Below, one piece after another: positions 46,982 to 56,753 of a stretch of DNA of 64,000 bases. A program made the position numbers and the translations under genes. Numbering within the stretch: the first letter of the stretch is position 1; each line of letters opens with the position of its first letter. The notes beneath the pieces are model-generated. The model was given only the letters and a program-made list of their open reading frames with translations, was not told the DNA's origin and searched no databases. The DNA comes from Polyangiales bacterium (GTDB lineage: Bacteria > Myxococcota_A > Polyangia > Polyangiales > Ga0077539). The DNA lies in the NCBI GenBank assembly GCA_044229975.1, contig JBGARZ010000002.1:864001-928000 (forward strand), written 5' to 3'.

Positions 46982-48241
46982 ATGGACGCCCTCGTCGACT
47001 GGATCTCGCGCCGCGGCATGACGGCGAGCTCGATTCCGGAGCTCATCAACGAGTTCATCCAGGAGTTGAACCGCGACGGCTTTCATCTCGCGCGCGTCGT
47101 GGTGCTGGTGCGTACGCTCCATCCCCAGATCGAGACGATGCGCTTCGCCTGGGAGCCGACGGAGGTCGCGGTTCCCTTTGCCCCGGGCGAGTTCAACGTG
47201 GAGACGCGCAACGTCGCCTTCGACGGGGGCGCGATCATGGTGAACTCGTTCAGCCACGGCTCCAGCATCCGGTCGGCGGCGTACCTCTCCAGCCCCTACA
47301 AGAAGCTCGACGACGGCGCGCCGATGGTCCGCCACCGCCTCGCGGGCGTCACCACCTTCGAGTCGCCGGTCTTCGAGACCCTCGCGAAGCTCGGCGCCAC
47401 CGACTACGTCCTCTTGCCGCTCGCGACCCGCAACGCCTACGCGGGCCTGCACAACGCGATCAGCTTCGCGACGGCGCGACCCGATGGCTTGTCCGACGAA
47501 CACATCGCGCGCCTCGCGGCCATCGCGCCGCTGTTCGCGCTGTGCCTTGAGGTCCAGGTGCAGCGCTTCGTCACCGAGACGCTCCTCGCGGTCTACATCG
47601 GTCGCACCCCCGGGCAGCGTGTGCTGAGCGGACAGGTGCGAAAGGGCGACATCGAAACGATGAGCGCCGCCATCTGGTACTCCGATCTCCGCGGCTACTC
47701 CACGCTGGCCGAGAGCGCGTCGCCCGCGCAGCTCATCGCGTGGATCAACGACTACTTCGAAGCCGTCTCGCAGGAGATCCTCGGACGCGACGGGGAGATC
47801 CTGAAGTTCATCGGGGACGCCATCCTCGCGATCTTCCCGTGGGGTTCGTCGCCCGACGGGATGACCGACGCTTGCCGACGCGCGCTGGCGGCCGCGGAGA
47901 GCGCCAACGTGAAGCTCGACGAGCTCAACCGGTCGCGTGCGGTCGCCGGGCTCCCGGTGCTCGCGCACGGCATCGCGCTGCACCTGGGCGAGGTTCAGTA
48001 CGGCAACGTCGGCTCGCACCGGCGGCTGGACTTCACGGCCATGGGGTCGAGCGTCAACAAGGTCGCGCGCATCGAGGGCCTGTGCCGCTCGACCAACCGC
48101 CGACTGCTGGTGTCCGCCGAGTTCGCCGGGAAGACCACCGACGTCACATTTGCACGCGTGGGTGACTTCGCGATCAAGGGCTTCGCGGGGGAGATCTCGG
48201 TCCACGAGCCTCTTGGCGAGGCGCGCACCGCGTCGACGTGA
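46982..48241 (+). CDS. Class III adenylate cyclase with N-terminal sensory (GAF-like) region
   Basis: SDLRGYST, LKFIGDAILA, GNVGS..RLDFT, VNKVARIE. Confidence 0.92.
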   Translation: MDALVDWISRRGMTASSIPELINEFIQELNRDGFHLARVVVLVRTLHPQIETMRFAWEPTEVAVPFAPGEFNVETRNVAFDGGAIMVNSFSHGSSIRSAAYLSSPYKKLDDGAPMVRHRLAGVTTFESPVFETLAKLGATDYVLLPLATRNAYAGLHNAISFATARPDGLSDEHIARLAAIAPLFALCLEVQVQRFVTETLLAVYIGRTPGQRVLSGQVRKGDIETMSAAIWYSDLRGYSTLAESASPAQLIAWINDYFEAVSQEILGRDGEILKFIGDAILAIFPWGSSPDGMTDACRRALAAAESANVKLDELNRSRAVAGLPVLAHGIALHLGEVQYGNVGSHRRLDFTAMGSSVNKVARIEGLCRSTNRRLLVSAEFAGKTTDVTFARVGDFAIKGFAGEISVHEPLGEARTAST

Positions 48242-48251
48242 CCGGATTGCC

Positions 48252-49067
48252 TCAGCGCGCGAAGCGGCTGCGGGCGCGCGCCATGACCTTCGCCGCGCCC
48301 TGGTGAAACGCCTGTGGGGCGCCCCGCTTCACCCACCACAAAAGCCGACCTTCGACGTGCGGCAGCACGTAGACCTGACCCGCCGCGGCGGAGTCGAGGG
48401 TCATGCGCGCGACATCATCGGCCGTCCACTTGCTCTGGGCCATCAGCCGGTCGACGACGCCCTTCATCTTCGGGTCGGTGCCTCGCGCGTTGGCGGCGAT
48501 GTTGGTCGGGAAGAACGACGGGCACAGCACCGTCACGCCGACGCCCGTGTTGTTGAGCTCGCCGACCAGCGTCTCGGTGATGGCGATGACCGCGGCCTTG
48601 GTCGCGTTGTACGGCGCCATGGACGGGGCGCACGCGATGCCCGCGAGGCTGGCCACGTTGATGACGTGCCCGCTGTTCTGCTGGCGCATCCCGGGGACGA
48701 ACACCTCGCACCCGTGGGCCACGCCCATGAGGTTGACGCCGACGATCCAGTCCCAGTCGTCACCGCTGACGGTGCCCATGTCGCCCGACACGGCGACGCC
48801 GGCGTTGTTGATGAGCAGGTCGACGCCGCCGAGCTTCTCGCGGGCGAAGCGCTCCAGCGCCTCGATCTCGGAGCGCTTCGACACGTCGCAGACGAAGGTC
48901 TCCATCGGCGCGCCCGTCATCAGCGCGGCCGTCTCCTTGAGCCCCTCCTCCTTCACATCGGCGCCCACGACCCGCGCACCGCGCCGCGACAGCTCCAGGC
49001 AGAACGCCCGCCCCAGCCCGCTGCCCGCCCCCGTCACGACCGCCCTCGGATGCACCACCAGCGTCAC
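48252..49067 (-). CDS. SDR-family oxidoreductase
   Basis: TGAGSGLG, NNAG, NVAS, YNATK; GTG start overlaps upstream TGA. Confidence 0.93.
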   Translation of the reverse strand: MTLVVHPRAVVTGAGSGLGRAFCLELSRRGARVVGADVKEEGLKETAALMTGAPMETFVCDVSKRSEIEALERFAREKLGGVDLLINNAGVAVSGDMGTVSGDDWDWIVGVNLMGVAHGCEVFVPGMRQQNSGHVINVASLAGIACAPSMAPYNATKAAVIAITETLVGELNNTGVGVTVLCPSFFPTNIAANARGTDPKMKGVVDRLMAQSKWTADDVARMTLDSAAAGQVYVLPHVEGRLLWWVKRGAPQAFHQGAAKVMARARSRFAR

Positions 49068-51568
49068 GTCTTCACCGACCCTTCCGATGCGCCACGACCC
49101 GCAAACCGCTCGGCGCCCTCGCGCGCCCACCACTCCAGGTACTTCTGGTGCGCCCGCTCCCGCTCGCGCCGCGGCAGGTTGTAGTAGTAGCCGAAGAACT
49201 GCCCGGTCAGCTTCTTCAGCTCCTCGCTGGCCTCGTGGCGCAGCCCCGTGTCGACGTGCAGCAGCGCGTCGATGAGCCACTCCACCCGGTGCCGCGACGA
49301 CGCGTTGGACCACCAGTCGACCCAGTGCTGGGCGGTGGTGCCGAAGTCCTGTCGCGTGATGAGCACCAGCGCCCGCTGCGCCGACTGCGACAGGGGGCCA
49401 TCACGATCGGACAGCGCCGCGATGAGCAGCGGGACCGAGTCGACGTCGCGCAGCTCACCCAGCGCCGACGCCGCGCGCCGGCGCACCATCGCCGAGTCGC
49501 GGGGCTCGCGCAGGGCCGTGCGCAGCGTCGCGCCCACCGCCGCAAACTCCGGGAACCTCCGGTGCGCGCGCAGCACCTCCAGCGCCGCCGGGTGGAGCCC
49601 CTCGTCGTCGCCGAGCACGAGCAGGCTCAGCCGCGGCAGCGCCGACGGGTGCGCCACTTCGAGGAGACACAGCAGCGCGCAGAAGCGCCGATCGGCATCG
49701 TCGCTGTCGAGCGCCTCGACGAGCGCGGGCACCGCCGCCTGGCGGAACATCAGCGCCAGCCGCAGCAGCGGACCGGCGTCCTCCACGCTCGGCAGCTTGT
49801 TGAGCGGCGTCTCGCGGCTGAGCGTGTGCGACCCGGGGAAGTACCGGAAGAGCGCCGCGAGCGCGCGGTCGCCCATGCCGAGCAGCGTCGCGGCGGTGCG
49901 CTCGGAGAGCGTTCCGGAGCGGGAGGCTTCTTCGACGAGGCGATCGGCCTCGACGTCTCCCTTCGCCGCACCCTTCGCCTTCGCGCTCGCCTCTCCGCGG
50001 GCCGCTCCCGCGACCGACGGCTTGCGACGCGCCACCCCCGACAGCACGGCGGATCGAAGCGCCGCGGCCCTGGCCTCGCGATCGGGCCCCGGCGTGCGCG
50101 GCGGGCGGGAGAGCGGCGGGAGCGTGGGCTCGCGGGGTGCGAGCGGCGGCGCGGCGCTCGACCGCTTGCGCTCGACGATGAGCCGGGCGAAGGCAACTGC
50201 GCAGTCGTCGGCGAAGAGCGTGAGCTCGCGCATGACGAGGGGCGCCACCGGATCGGGGCCGAGGTCGGCCCAGAGCAGCAGCGTCACGCGACCGCGCATC
50301 GACAGCGGGATGAGCGCGGCCTCGGTCACGTCGCCCCGCCCGAGCTGACGCGCGAACTCGGCCTCGGGCTGGTCGAGGAGCTTCACGATGGCGGACTCGC
50401 CCGACGCCTTCACGGCGGCGATGGCGGGCAGCGCCTTGATGGACGCGGACACCGAGCGCACGGCTGCGCCCTCGACACCGACCCCGCGGGCGGAGAGCCC
50501 TTCGAGCGAGTCGCCCTGCACGACGCAGAGGGCGGCGTAGCGCCAGCTCTCCATCGCGTGGGTGAGGAGCGCGTCGATGACCTCCTCGCGGTCTTTCGCG
50601 ACAATGAGCGCGCGCTGGGCGCCGGTGAGGTTGTCGAGCGCGGGCATCACGGAGCCCGCGCGGCGCGACACGACCGATGGTGCCTCGACCACGGGCGTCT
50701 CGGGCAGCGGGCGCGTGGCAGGCGGCGGCGTGGTGGCGAGCGGAACGGCCACCGGCACGGTGCTGCGCCGCTGCTGATCGTCGGCGATGGGCGGCGGCGG
50801 GATGGACGGTCGCGTGCCGGGCGGGCGCTGCGCGACGGCCTCGGGGCGGGCGACGGCGACCGGGACGACGGGCGTGACGACGGAGGCTTCGGGGCTGATG
50901 GCCGCGCGGGTGGAGGTGACGTTGGGCGGCGGCTCGGAGGGCGCGGCGGCCTCGTCGTCGTCGTCGTCGTCGAGCAGGGCCGCGAGCGCCGCGATGGCAG
51001 AGTTGGCGGCCTTGGAGGGCGGCGTGGCCGACGGGGCGGTGGGGACGACCGAGACGCGGGCGCTGGGCAGCGTGACCGCGGCGAGCGAGCCCGGAGGGAC
51101 GTTGTTGAGCCGCTCGGACAGGCGCAGAAACCGTGGGGAGAGCGGCTGCTGGTAGTAGCGCCACAGGGCCCACGCGAGGCGGAACGACGTCACCGCCTGC
51201 ACCTCGACGACGACGCCCGCGGCGGCTTCGAGGGCCTTCCGGGCGCCCGCGTCGAGGTTGGCCGCGGCGATGACGAGGAGCCGCGTGGAGTCGAACGCGA
51301 GCGGGACGACCTGGTGCCGCGCCGCGAGCTCACGCGAGACGCGGGCGATGGCGACGGGGTCGGCGCCGAGGACGGCCTCGCGCGCCGCGGGGGTGAGCCC
51401 GAGCAGCGCCGCGCAGTAGCTGGAGAGGGTGTCCTCCCCGAGGGCTTCGACCTCCAGGAGGTTGGTCTCGAAGTCGCCGCCTGAAATGACCTGACGCTGA
51501 ATCGCCGCGTCGATCTTCCGGGGCGAGACGACCTGATCCTGGGTGAGGAGGGCAGAGAGGAGGGACAT
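49064..51568 (-). CDS. MshEN/GspE-N + GAF-like + HEAT-repeat protein (FrgA-like)
   Basis: N-terminal LSALL..QVVS...A..RQ...GG....NLLE (T2SSE_N-like), Pro-rich linker, GAF-like middle region, HEAT repeats ending ITRQDFG..W..WW. Confidence 0.75.
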   Translation of the reverse strand: MSLLSALLTQDQVVSPRKIDAAIQRQVISGGDFETNLLEVEALGEDTLSSYCAALLGLTPAAREAVLGADPVAIARVSRELAARHQVVPLAFDSTRLLVIAAANLDAGARKALEAAAGVVVEVQAVTSFRLAWALWRYYQQPLSPRFLRLSERLNNVPPGSLAAVTLPSARVSVVPTAPSATPPSKAANSAIAALAALLDDDDDDEAAAPSEPPPNVTSTRAAISPEASVVTPVVPVAVARPEAVAQRPPGTRPSIPPPPIADDQQRRSTVPVAVPLATTPPPATRPLPETPVVEAPSVVSRRAGSVMPALDNLTGAQRALIVAKDREEVIDALLTHAMESWRYAALCVVQGDSLEGLSARGVGVEGAAVRSVSASIKALPAIAAVKASGESAIVKLLDQPEAEFARQLGRGDVTEAALIPLSMRGRVTLLLWADLGPDPVAPLVMRELTLFADDCAVAFARLIVERKRSSAAPPLAPREPTLPPLSRPPRTPGPDREARAAALRSAVLSGVARRKPSVAGAARGEASAKAKGAAKGDVEADRLVEEASRSGTLSERTAATLLGMGDRALAALFRYFPGSHTLSRETPLNKLPSVEDAGPLLRLALMFRQAAVPALVEALDSDDADRRFCALLCLLEVAHPSALPRLSLLVLGDDEGLHPAALEVLRAHRRFPEFAAVGATLRTALREPRDSAMVRRRAASALGELRDVDSVPLLIAALSDRDGPLSQSAQRALVLITRQDFGTTAQHWVDWWSNASSRHRVEWLIDALLHVDTGLRHEASEELKKLTGQFFGYYYNLPRRERERAHQKYLEWWAREGAERFAGRGASEGSVKT

Positions 51569-51646
51569 CAGTGGCTGCAGTAGACCATCGCAGCGCCGCG
51601 CTGCCGATGTTCACGATCGCGTATGGGCCAGAGCTCTGTCAACGCA

Positions 51647-52411
51647 TCATCGCGTCGCGCCAGAGAGATCTCCCCGAAGCACCGACAGCGCCGACAAGAA
51701 CGCCGCCGCCGTGGTCTCGGTTCGCAGGATTCTCGGCCCGAACGACACCGGCGCGAAGCCCGCGCCGCGCGCCAGCTCCACCTCCGCGGCCTCGAACCCA
51801 CCCTCCGGCCCCGCGAGAACCTCGAAGGACGTCCCGCCGACCGTCGCATCGACCGCCGACCGGAGCGGGGTGACCGCCCCCTCCCACGCGATGAGGCGCA
51901 CCGTGCCCGCATCGGCGACCTCGGCGCACAGCGACGCAAGCGACCGCGGAGCCTCGATGGACGGGACGTCGGCGCGCCCACTTTGGCGGCTGGCCTCTTC
52001 GGCGATGCGTTCCCAGCGGGTGTGGCGCGGCACCCAGCGCTCGGGCTGCTCGCGCGGAACGGAGCGCGCCGTGAAGAGCGGCGCGATGGAGGCGACCCCC
52101 AGCTCGGTGGCCTGCCGCACGATGAGGTCCATCTTGTCGCCCTTCGGGACGCCCTGAAACCAGCGCACGCGCGCCGAGTCTGCGACCACGCCCGCTTCGG
52201 GCGGACCCGCCCAGGACAGCTCCACGGCGCCCCGACCGATCGACACGACCACCGCCGTCCGCTCACGCCCCACGCCATCGAACGCGAGCACCCGATCGCC
52301 CACGCGCGCCCTCGTCACCCGCACCAGATGGTGGCCCCGGTCACCGTCGACGGTGATCGAGCCAGCGCCCCCCTCGAAGGCCGCCGGGTCGACCCTCACC
52401 CGCTCGGTCAC
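51647..52411 (-). CDS. rsmE: 16S rRNA m3U1498 methyltransferase
   Basis: HLVRVTR, KGDKMD..VRQATELGV, EASRQSGR, GPEGGF, GPRILRTETT. Confidence 0.96.
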   Translation of the reverse strand: MTERVRVDPAAFEGGAGSITVDGDRGHHLVRVTRARVGDRVLAFDGVGRERTAVVVSIGRGAVELSWAGPPEAGVVADSARVRWFQGVPKGDKMDLIVRQATELGVASIAPLFTARSVPREQPERWVPRHTRWERIAEEASRQSGRADVPSIEAPRSLASLCAEVADAGTVRLIAWEGAVTPLRSAVDATVGGTSFEVLAGPEGGFEAAEVELARGAGFAPVSFGPRILRTETTAAAFLSALSVLRGDLSGATR

Positions 52412-53268
52412 GGGCGATGGAACTCCATCCCGATCCACTCGTCCTTGCCCTCGACGTCGGCGAGCGTGAGGCCCTGCGCGACGTAGGCGTCGGTGAGCGC
52501 CGCGCGCTGCGTCGCCAGGATGCCCGACAGCACCAGTACGCCACCCGCCGCCACGCGAGACGCGACCGTCGCCGCGTTGGGCACGAGCACGCCGGCCTCG
52601 ATGTTGGCGGCGACCAGGGTCGCGACCTCGGGCACGGCATCGAAGCCACCCACCCGCAGGTCGCAGCGATCGGTGAAGCCGAGCATCGCGGCGTTTTCGG
52701 CGGCGCTCTCGACGGACTCGCGGTCGATGTCACACGCGATGGCCTTCGGGGTGCCGTGCAGGAGCGCGACGAAGGCCAGGATGCCGGAGCCGCAGCCGAG
52801 GTCGACCACCAGCGGATGGCGACCGGTGAGGGCCGCGCGCTCGATCATCTGCGCGGCGAGCGTGGTCGAGGCGTGCTGCCCGGTGCCGAAGGCGCGCCCC
52901 GGATCGAAGCGCAACAGCATGTCGCTGGGCTCGGGCGTGTACTCGGTCCACGACGGCACCACCACCACGCGGGCGGTGATGCGGGTGGGCTTCCAGTGCT
53001 CCTTCCAACCGTCGCGCCAGGCGTCGCCGACGACCATCTCCAGTCGCGCCTCGACGTCGGGCCCGAGCGCTTCGAGGGCCTCCTTCGCCGCGCTCTCTTC
53101 CGAGAAGCTGGCGACGAGGGTGACGCCTCGCGATCCGCCCTTGTGGAGGGTGGAGCCGTCGCGCTCCTCGATGCACTCCGCGCCGTACATCGTCAGCAGC
53201 CCGCTGAGGGCGTCGGACTCGTCGGGGCTCGTCTCTACGATCACCAGGGGGAAGCTCGGCTCGCTCAT
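52408..53268 (-). CDS. prmA: Ribosomal protein L11 methyltransferase
   Basis: W...WKEHWKP, DPGRAFGTGQHAST, DLGCGSGIL, ANI, LSGIL. Confidence 0.95.
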   Translation of the reverse strand: MSEPSFPLVIVETSPDESDALSGLLTMYGAECIEERDGSTLHKGGSRGVTLVASFSEESAAKEALEALGPDVEARLEMVVGDAWRDGWKEHWKPTRITARVVVVPSWTEYTPEPSDMLLRFDPGRAFGTGQHASTTLAAQMIERAALTGRHPLVVDLGCGSGILAFVALLHGTPKAIACDIDRESVESAAENAAMLGFTDRCDLRVGGFDAVPEVATLVAANIEAGVLVPNAATVASRVAAGGVLVLSGILATQRAALTDAYVAQGLTLADVEGKDEWIGMEFHRP

Positions 53269-53361
53269 CGCCGCGCGACCCTAGTGCCTTTGCCGAGGTC
53301 GGCGCCAGACGATGCTGATCGTTCGCAACGCCCGGGGAACCACGATAAGGTCGCGCCAATC

Positions 53362-55830
53362 ATGACCGGCGACCCAGCGGACATCCCCATCCCAGAGCCG
53401 CTGCGCGCGCAGTACCGGGTGAGCTTCATCCGATTCCAGAGCCCCACGGCGGCGCTCTTCGAGGGCGTCGACCCCGAGCACGGCCACACCGTCCTCGTGA
53501 AGGTCATGCGCCCCGACCCGACGGCCTCGCCCGCCGATCGGCAGCGCGTGCGGCGCGAACTCCAGAAGCTCGTCCAGGTGCGCCACCCGACCCTGGTGCC
53601 CATCCTCGACCTCGGCGAGGAGGGTGACCTCACCTGGGTGGTTCGCCCCTTCGTCGTCGGCGAGACCCTCTCCGAGCGCATCGCCTCGCGCGGTCGGCTC
53701 TCCGACGTCGAGGCCGCCACCCTCGGGCTGCACCTCGCGGCGGGCCTCGGCGAGCTCCATCGCCACGGCCTCCTGCACCGCGACCTGCGCCCCGGTCACG
53801 TGCTGCTCGGCCAGGACGGCGGCGTCTACCTCATCGACGCGGGGCTCGGCCGCACCTTCGTCGCGCCCGACGGCAGGGCCCTCGTGGGTTGTCCGGGCTA
53901 CGCCGCGCCGGAGGCCATCCTCGGCCGCTTGATGAGCTTTCGCTCCGACCTCTACGGGCTCGGCGCCGTGCTCTACGAGGCGCTCTCGGGCATGCCACCG
54001 TACATGGCGCTCGACCCGCGGCGCATGATGCAGCTCCAGTGCGAGGCCGACCCCGAGCCGCTCGATCCGTCGGTTCCGCAGGCGCTGACGCGGCTGGTGG
54101 CGACGCTGCTGGCGCGTGACCCGCGCGAGCGCCCGATGAGCGCGCAGATCGTCGAGCGGCAGCTCGAACCGATGGTGCCGTCGATTCCGCCGAGCCCGAT
54201 GGAGTCGGACATCGAACTCGGCGAGCGCACCGTGATGACCGACTCGTCGTCGGACTACATGGACTCGGGGATGCTCCAGTCCGAGCCGCCCGCGTCGGCG
54301 TTCATGCCTCCGGCGACGCCGCCCGCGCCACCGCAGCCCGCGCCTCCGCCGCAGCGTCAGCAGTACAAGCAGACGATGATGGGGATGGCGCCGGAGATGC
54401 CCGCGATGGCGGCCGAGCAGCAAGCCCAGGCGGCGGTCGCGTCGGAGGGCGGCCTCGACTTCGAGGACGTCGTCGACACCAACCAGAACGAGGCGTCGCG
54501 CGTCTTCGGCATCCCGGCGACATCGCCCAACCAGGGAGGCAGCGCGATTCCGCCGCTCGCCGCGGTGCCGCCGCAGGCGCCCGCGTTTGGTCCGCCGCCG
54601 GGCGCAGACCCGAAGAGCGGTCCGCGCATGGCGCCGCCGCCGTACGGAGAGCCGCCGCCACAGCAGCCGGGTCCAGGGCCGTCGGGAATGTACCCGCAGG
54701 GCCAACAGGATCCGATGTTCGACGTCCCGGTGAGCCACACCGTGGCGATGGACGGCCCTCCCCCCGGAGCGTTTGGGGCCTACCCGTCCAACCCGGGCAT
54801 GCCTCCCGGTCAGCCGATGCAGATGCAACCGATGCAGATGCAGCCGATGCAACCGCAGATGCAGATGCAGCCGGGGCAGATGCCACCGCACATGCAGCAG
54901 CAGCCGATGCAGCAGCCGATGCAGCAGCAGTGGTCGCCCTATGGCGGGCCGATGAGCGTTCCGCCCGGGCCAGGCTACGTCGCGCCCGCACCCGCGCCCC
55001 CAGCAAAGTCCGGCGGCGCCCTCCCCTGGATCATCGGCTTCGTCGTTCTGGTCTCCATCGCTGGCGGCGCTGGGTTTCTCGCGGCCCGCGCACGTCGCAC
55101 CACGCCCGTCGTCACGGCGCCCACGCTACCTGCGACCACGCCCACGCAGCCGACGATGCCCGAGACGCAGCCCACCGCCGTCGACGCGGGTGCCCTGCTG
55201 GCCACGGCGGATGTCCCATCGATGGCAACGCCCGACGTCGCCATGGCGGCCGCCATCATCGACGCGAGTCAGGTGCTCGCCGCAGAGCCCGACACGGGCA
55301 CCCCGGTGGCCGTGGTCGTCGACGCGGGGACGATGGTCGCGATCGTCGATGCGGGTGCGCCCGCGACGCCTGTCGCCCCGTCGCCGACGCCGACGCCGAG
55401 CCCCGCCCGTCCGGTGGTCCGTGTCGCGACGCCGCGGCCCAACACGGTGCGCCCGGTCCCGCGCCCGACGACGGCTGCCGACGCAGGCGTCGCGGTCACG
55501 CCCCTCAACGATGCGCTGCGACGACAGGACTGGGCCGCCGCCCGTCGCCTGCTCGGGGAGCACCTGCGGGCCCATCCCAGCGACGCGGCCGCCCACGCCC
55601 AGCTCGGGTACGTGCTTGACCGCCTCGGCGACTCCAACGGCGCGCTCAACGAGTACCGCTCGGCGACGCGCCTCGACCGCCGCAACACCCGCTACCTGCA
55701 CCGCCTCGCCGACCTCCAGACGAGCACCGGCGATCGCGCGGGCGCCATCGCGACGCTCCAGCAGATCCTGCGCATCAACCCGCAAGAGCCCGCCGCGCGC
55801 GCCCGCCTCGATCAGCTCCAGCCCCACTGA
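53362..55830 (+). CDS. Ser/Thr kinase-like (probable pseudokinase) with Pro/Gln/Met-rich linker, TM and C-terminal TPR
   Basis: VLVK, HRDLRPGH, DAG, APE, SDLYGLG; TM at ~55020-55085; TPRs at C-terminus. The 1137-aa ORF call is over-extended across prmA. Confidence 0.88.
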   Translation: MTGDPADIPIPEPLRAQYRVSFIRFQSPTAALFEGVDPEHGHTVLVKVMRPDPTASPADRQRVRRELQKLVQVRHPTLVPILDLGEEGDLTWVVRPFVVGETLSERIASRGRLSDVEAATLGLHLAAGLGELHRHGLLHRDLRPGHVLLGQDGGVYLIDAGLGRTFVAPDGRALVGCPGYAAPEAILGRLMSFRSDLYGLGAVLYEALSGMPPYMALDPRRMMQLQCEADPEPLDPSVPQALTRLVATLLARDPRERPMSAQIVERQLEPMVPSIPPSPMESDIELGERTVMTDSSSDYMDSGMLQSEPPASAFMPPATPPAPPQPAPPPQRQQYKQTMMGMAPEMPAMAAEQQAQAAVASEGGLDFEDVVDTNQNEASRVFGIPATSPNQGGSAIPPLAAVPPQAPAFGPPPGADPKSGPRMAPPPYGEPPPQQPGPGPSGMYPQGQQDPMFDVPVSHTVAMDGPPPGAFGAYPSNPGMPPGQPMQMQPMQMQPMQPQMQMQPGQMPPHMQQQPMQQPMQQQWSPYGGPMSVPPGPGYVAPAPAPPAKSGGALPWIIGFVVLVSIAGGAGFLAARARRTTPVVTAPTLPATTPTQPTMPETQPTAVDAGALLATADVPSMATPDVAMAAAIIDASQVLAAEPDTGTPVAVVVDAGTMVAIVDAGAPATPVAPSPTPTPSPARPVVRVATPRPNTVRPVPRPTTAADAGVAVTPLNDALRRQDWAAARRLLGEHLRAHPSDAAAHAQLGYVLDRLGDSNGALNEYRSATRLDRRNTRYLHRLADLQTSTGDRAGAIATLQQILRINPQEPAARARLDQLQPH
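54811..54930 (+). repeat. Low-complexity coding repeat (CAGCCGATG-based; QPMQM/QPMQQ)
   Basis: QPMQMQPMQMQPMQPQMQMQPGQMPPHMQQQPMQQPMQQQ. Confidence 0.85.
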
Positions 55831-55883
55831 CGTCGCTCGAAACGGCCTTCGTCGCCGCGGCGCGCGAGGGATACGATGGAGCC

Positions 55884-56753
55884 ATGAACCTCCTGCGATG
55901 GTCCCTGGCGTCGTGTCTCGCGGCGAGTGCGTTGTCGTCGGGCTGCTCGTCCGACGGCCCGACGGCGACCGATGGCGGCGTCGATGTCGCCACCGATCGC
56001 GGAGCCGTCACCGACCTCGGGAGCACCACCGATCGCAGCGCGGGAGACACCGGTTCCGCGATGACCTGCGGCGCGACGCTCGGCCCGTGCAACCTGGTGA
56101 CGAACGCGCCGTGCGCCGCGGGCACGGGCTGTTACGCCGGCGTCGCGCCCGACGGAACGCTGGGAGCGTCGTGCGCGGAATCGGGTCGGCGCGGCTGGGG
56201 TGAGGCGTGCACCACGGCCAACGGGTGCCGCGAGGGCTTCGCCTGCCTCGGCACGCCGGGCGCCTGCGTGAAGCTCTGCTGCGAGAACGACAATGCCTCC
56301 TGCCGCGACGAGACGCGCGGGGGTCGACCCGGCGCCATCTGCGCGGGCGGCGTCACGGGCACCGACGTCCACACGTGCACGGAGGTCACGAGCTGCGACC
56401 TCTACGCGACCAGCGCCAATCGCTGCCCGGCCGAGCGGCCCCGCTGTGACCTCCTGGCCGACGACGGCACCGCCAACTGCTTCGCGCTCGAAGCGGGCGC
56501 TACGCCGGGCGGCGACGGCGCGACGTGTTGCACCAACAGCCGCTGCCAGCCGGGCTTTCTGTGCGTGCCCGCGACGCCCGGCGGCGGCACCGAGGCGTGC
56601 GTCGCGGCGATGCCCAACCGGGCCTGCCGTCGCGTGTGCAACCCCACCCTGACGGGCGGCGACGCGGGGGCGCAGTGCCCCGCCGCGCGCATGTGCGTGG
56701 GCTTCAGTGCGGGCGCGCCGGAGAGCTACGGGCGCTGCGAGCCGATGCGCTGA
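55884..56753 (+). CDS. Cys-rich lipoprotein
   Basis: Lipobox-like SSGC, Asp-periodic linker, two Cys-rich modules (C.....C..GF.C). Confidence 0.85.
   Translation: MNLLRWSLASCLAASALSSGCSSDGPTATDGGVDVATDRGAVTDLGSTTDRSAGDTGSAMTCGATLGPCNLVTNAPCAAGTGCYAGVAPDGTLGASCAESGRRGWGEACTTANGCREGFACLGTPGACVKLCCENDNASCRDETRGGRPGAICAGGVTGTDVHTCTEVTSCDLYATSANRCPAERPRCDLLADDGTANCFALEAGATPGGDGATCCTNSRCQPGFLCVPATPGGGTEACVAAMPNRACRRVCNPTLTGGDAGAQCPAARMCVGFSAGAPESYGRCEPMR

Noticed and set aside
52417..55830. Apparent 1137-aa kinase with a novel N-terminal domain
   Set aside because: The first ~315 aa are antisense to prmA; likely start is 53362.
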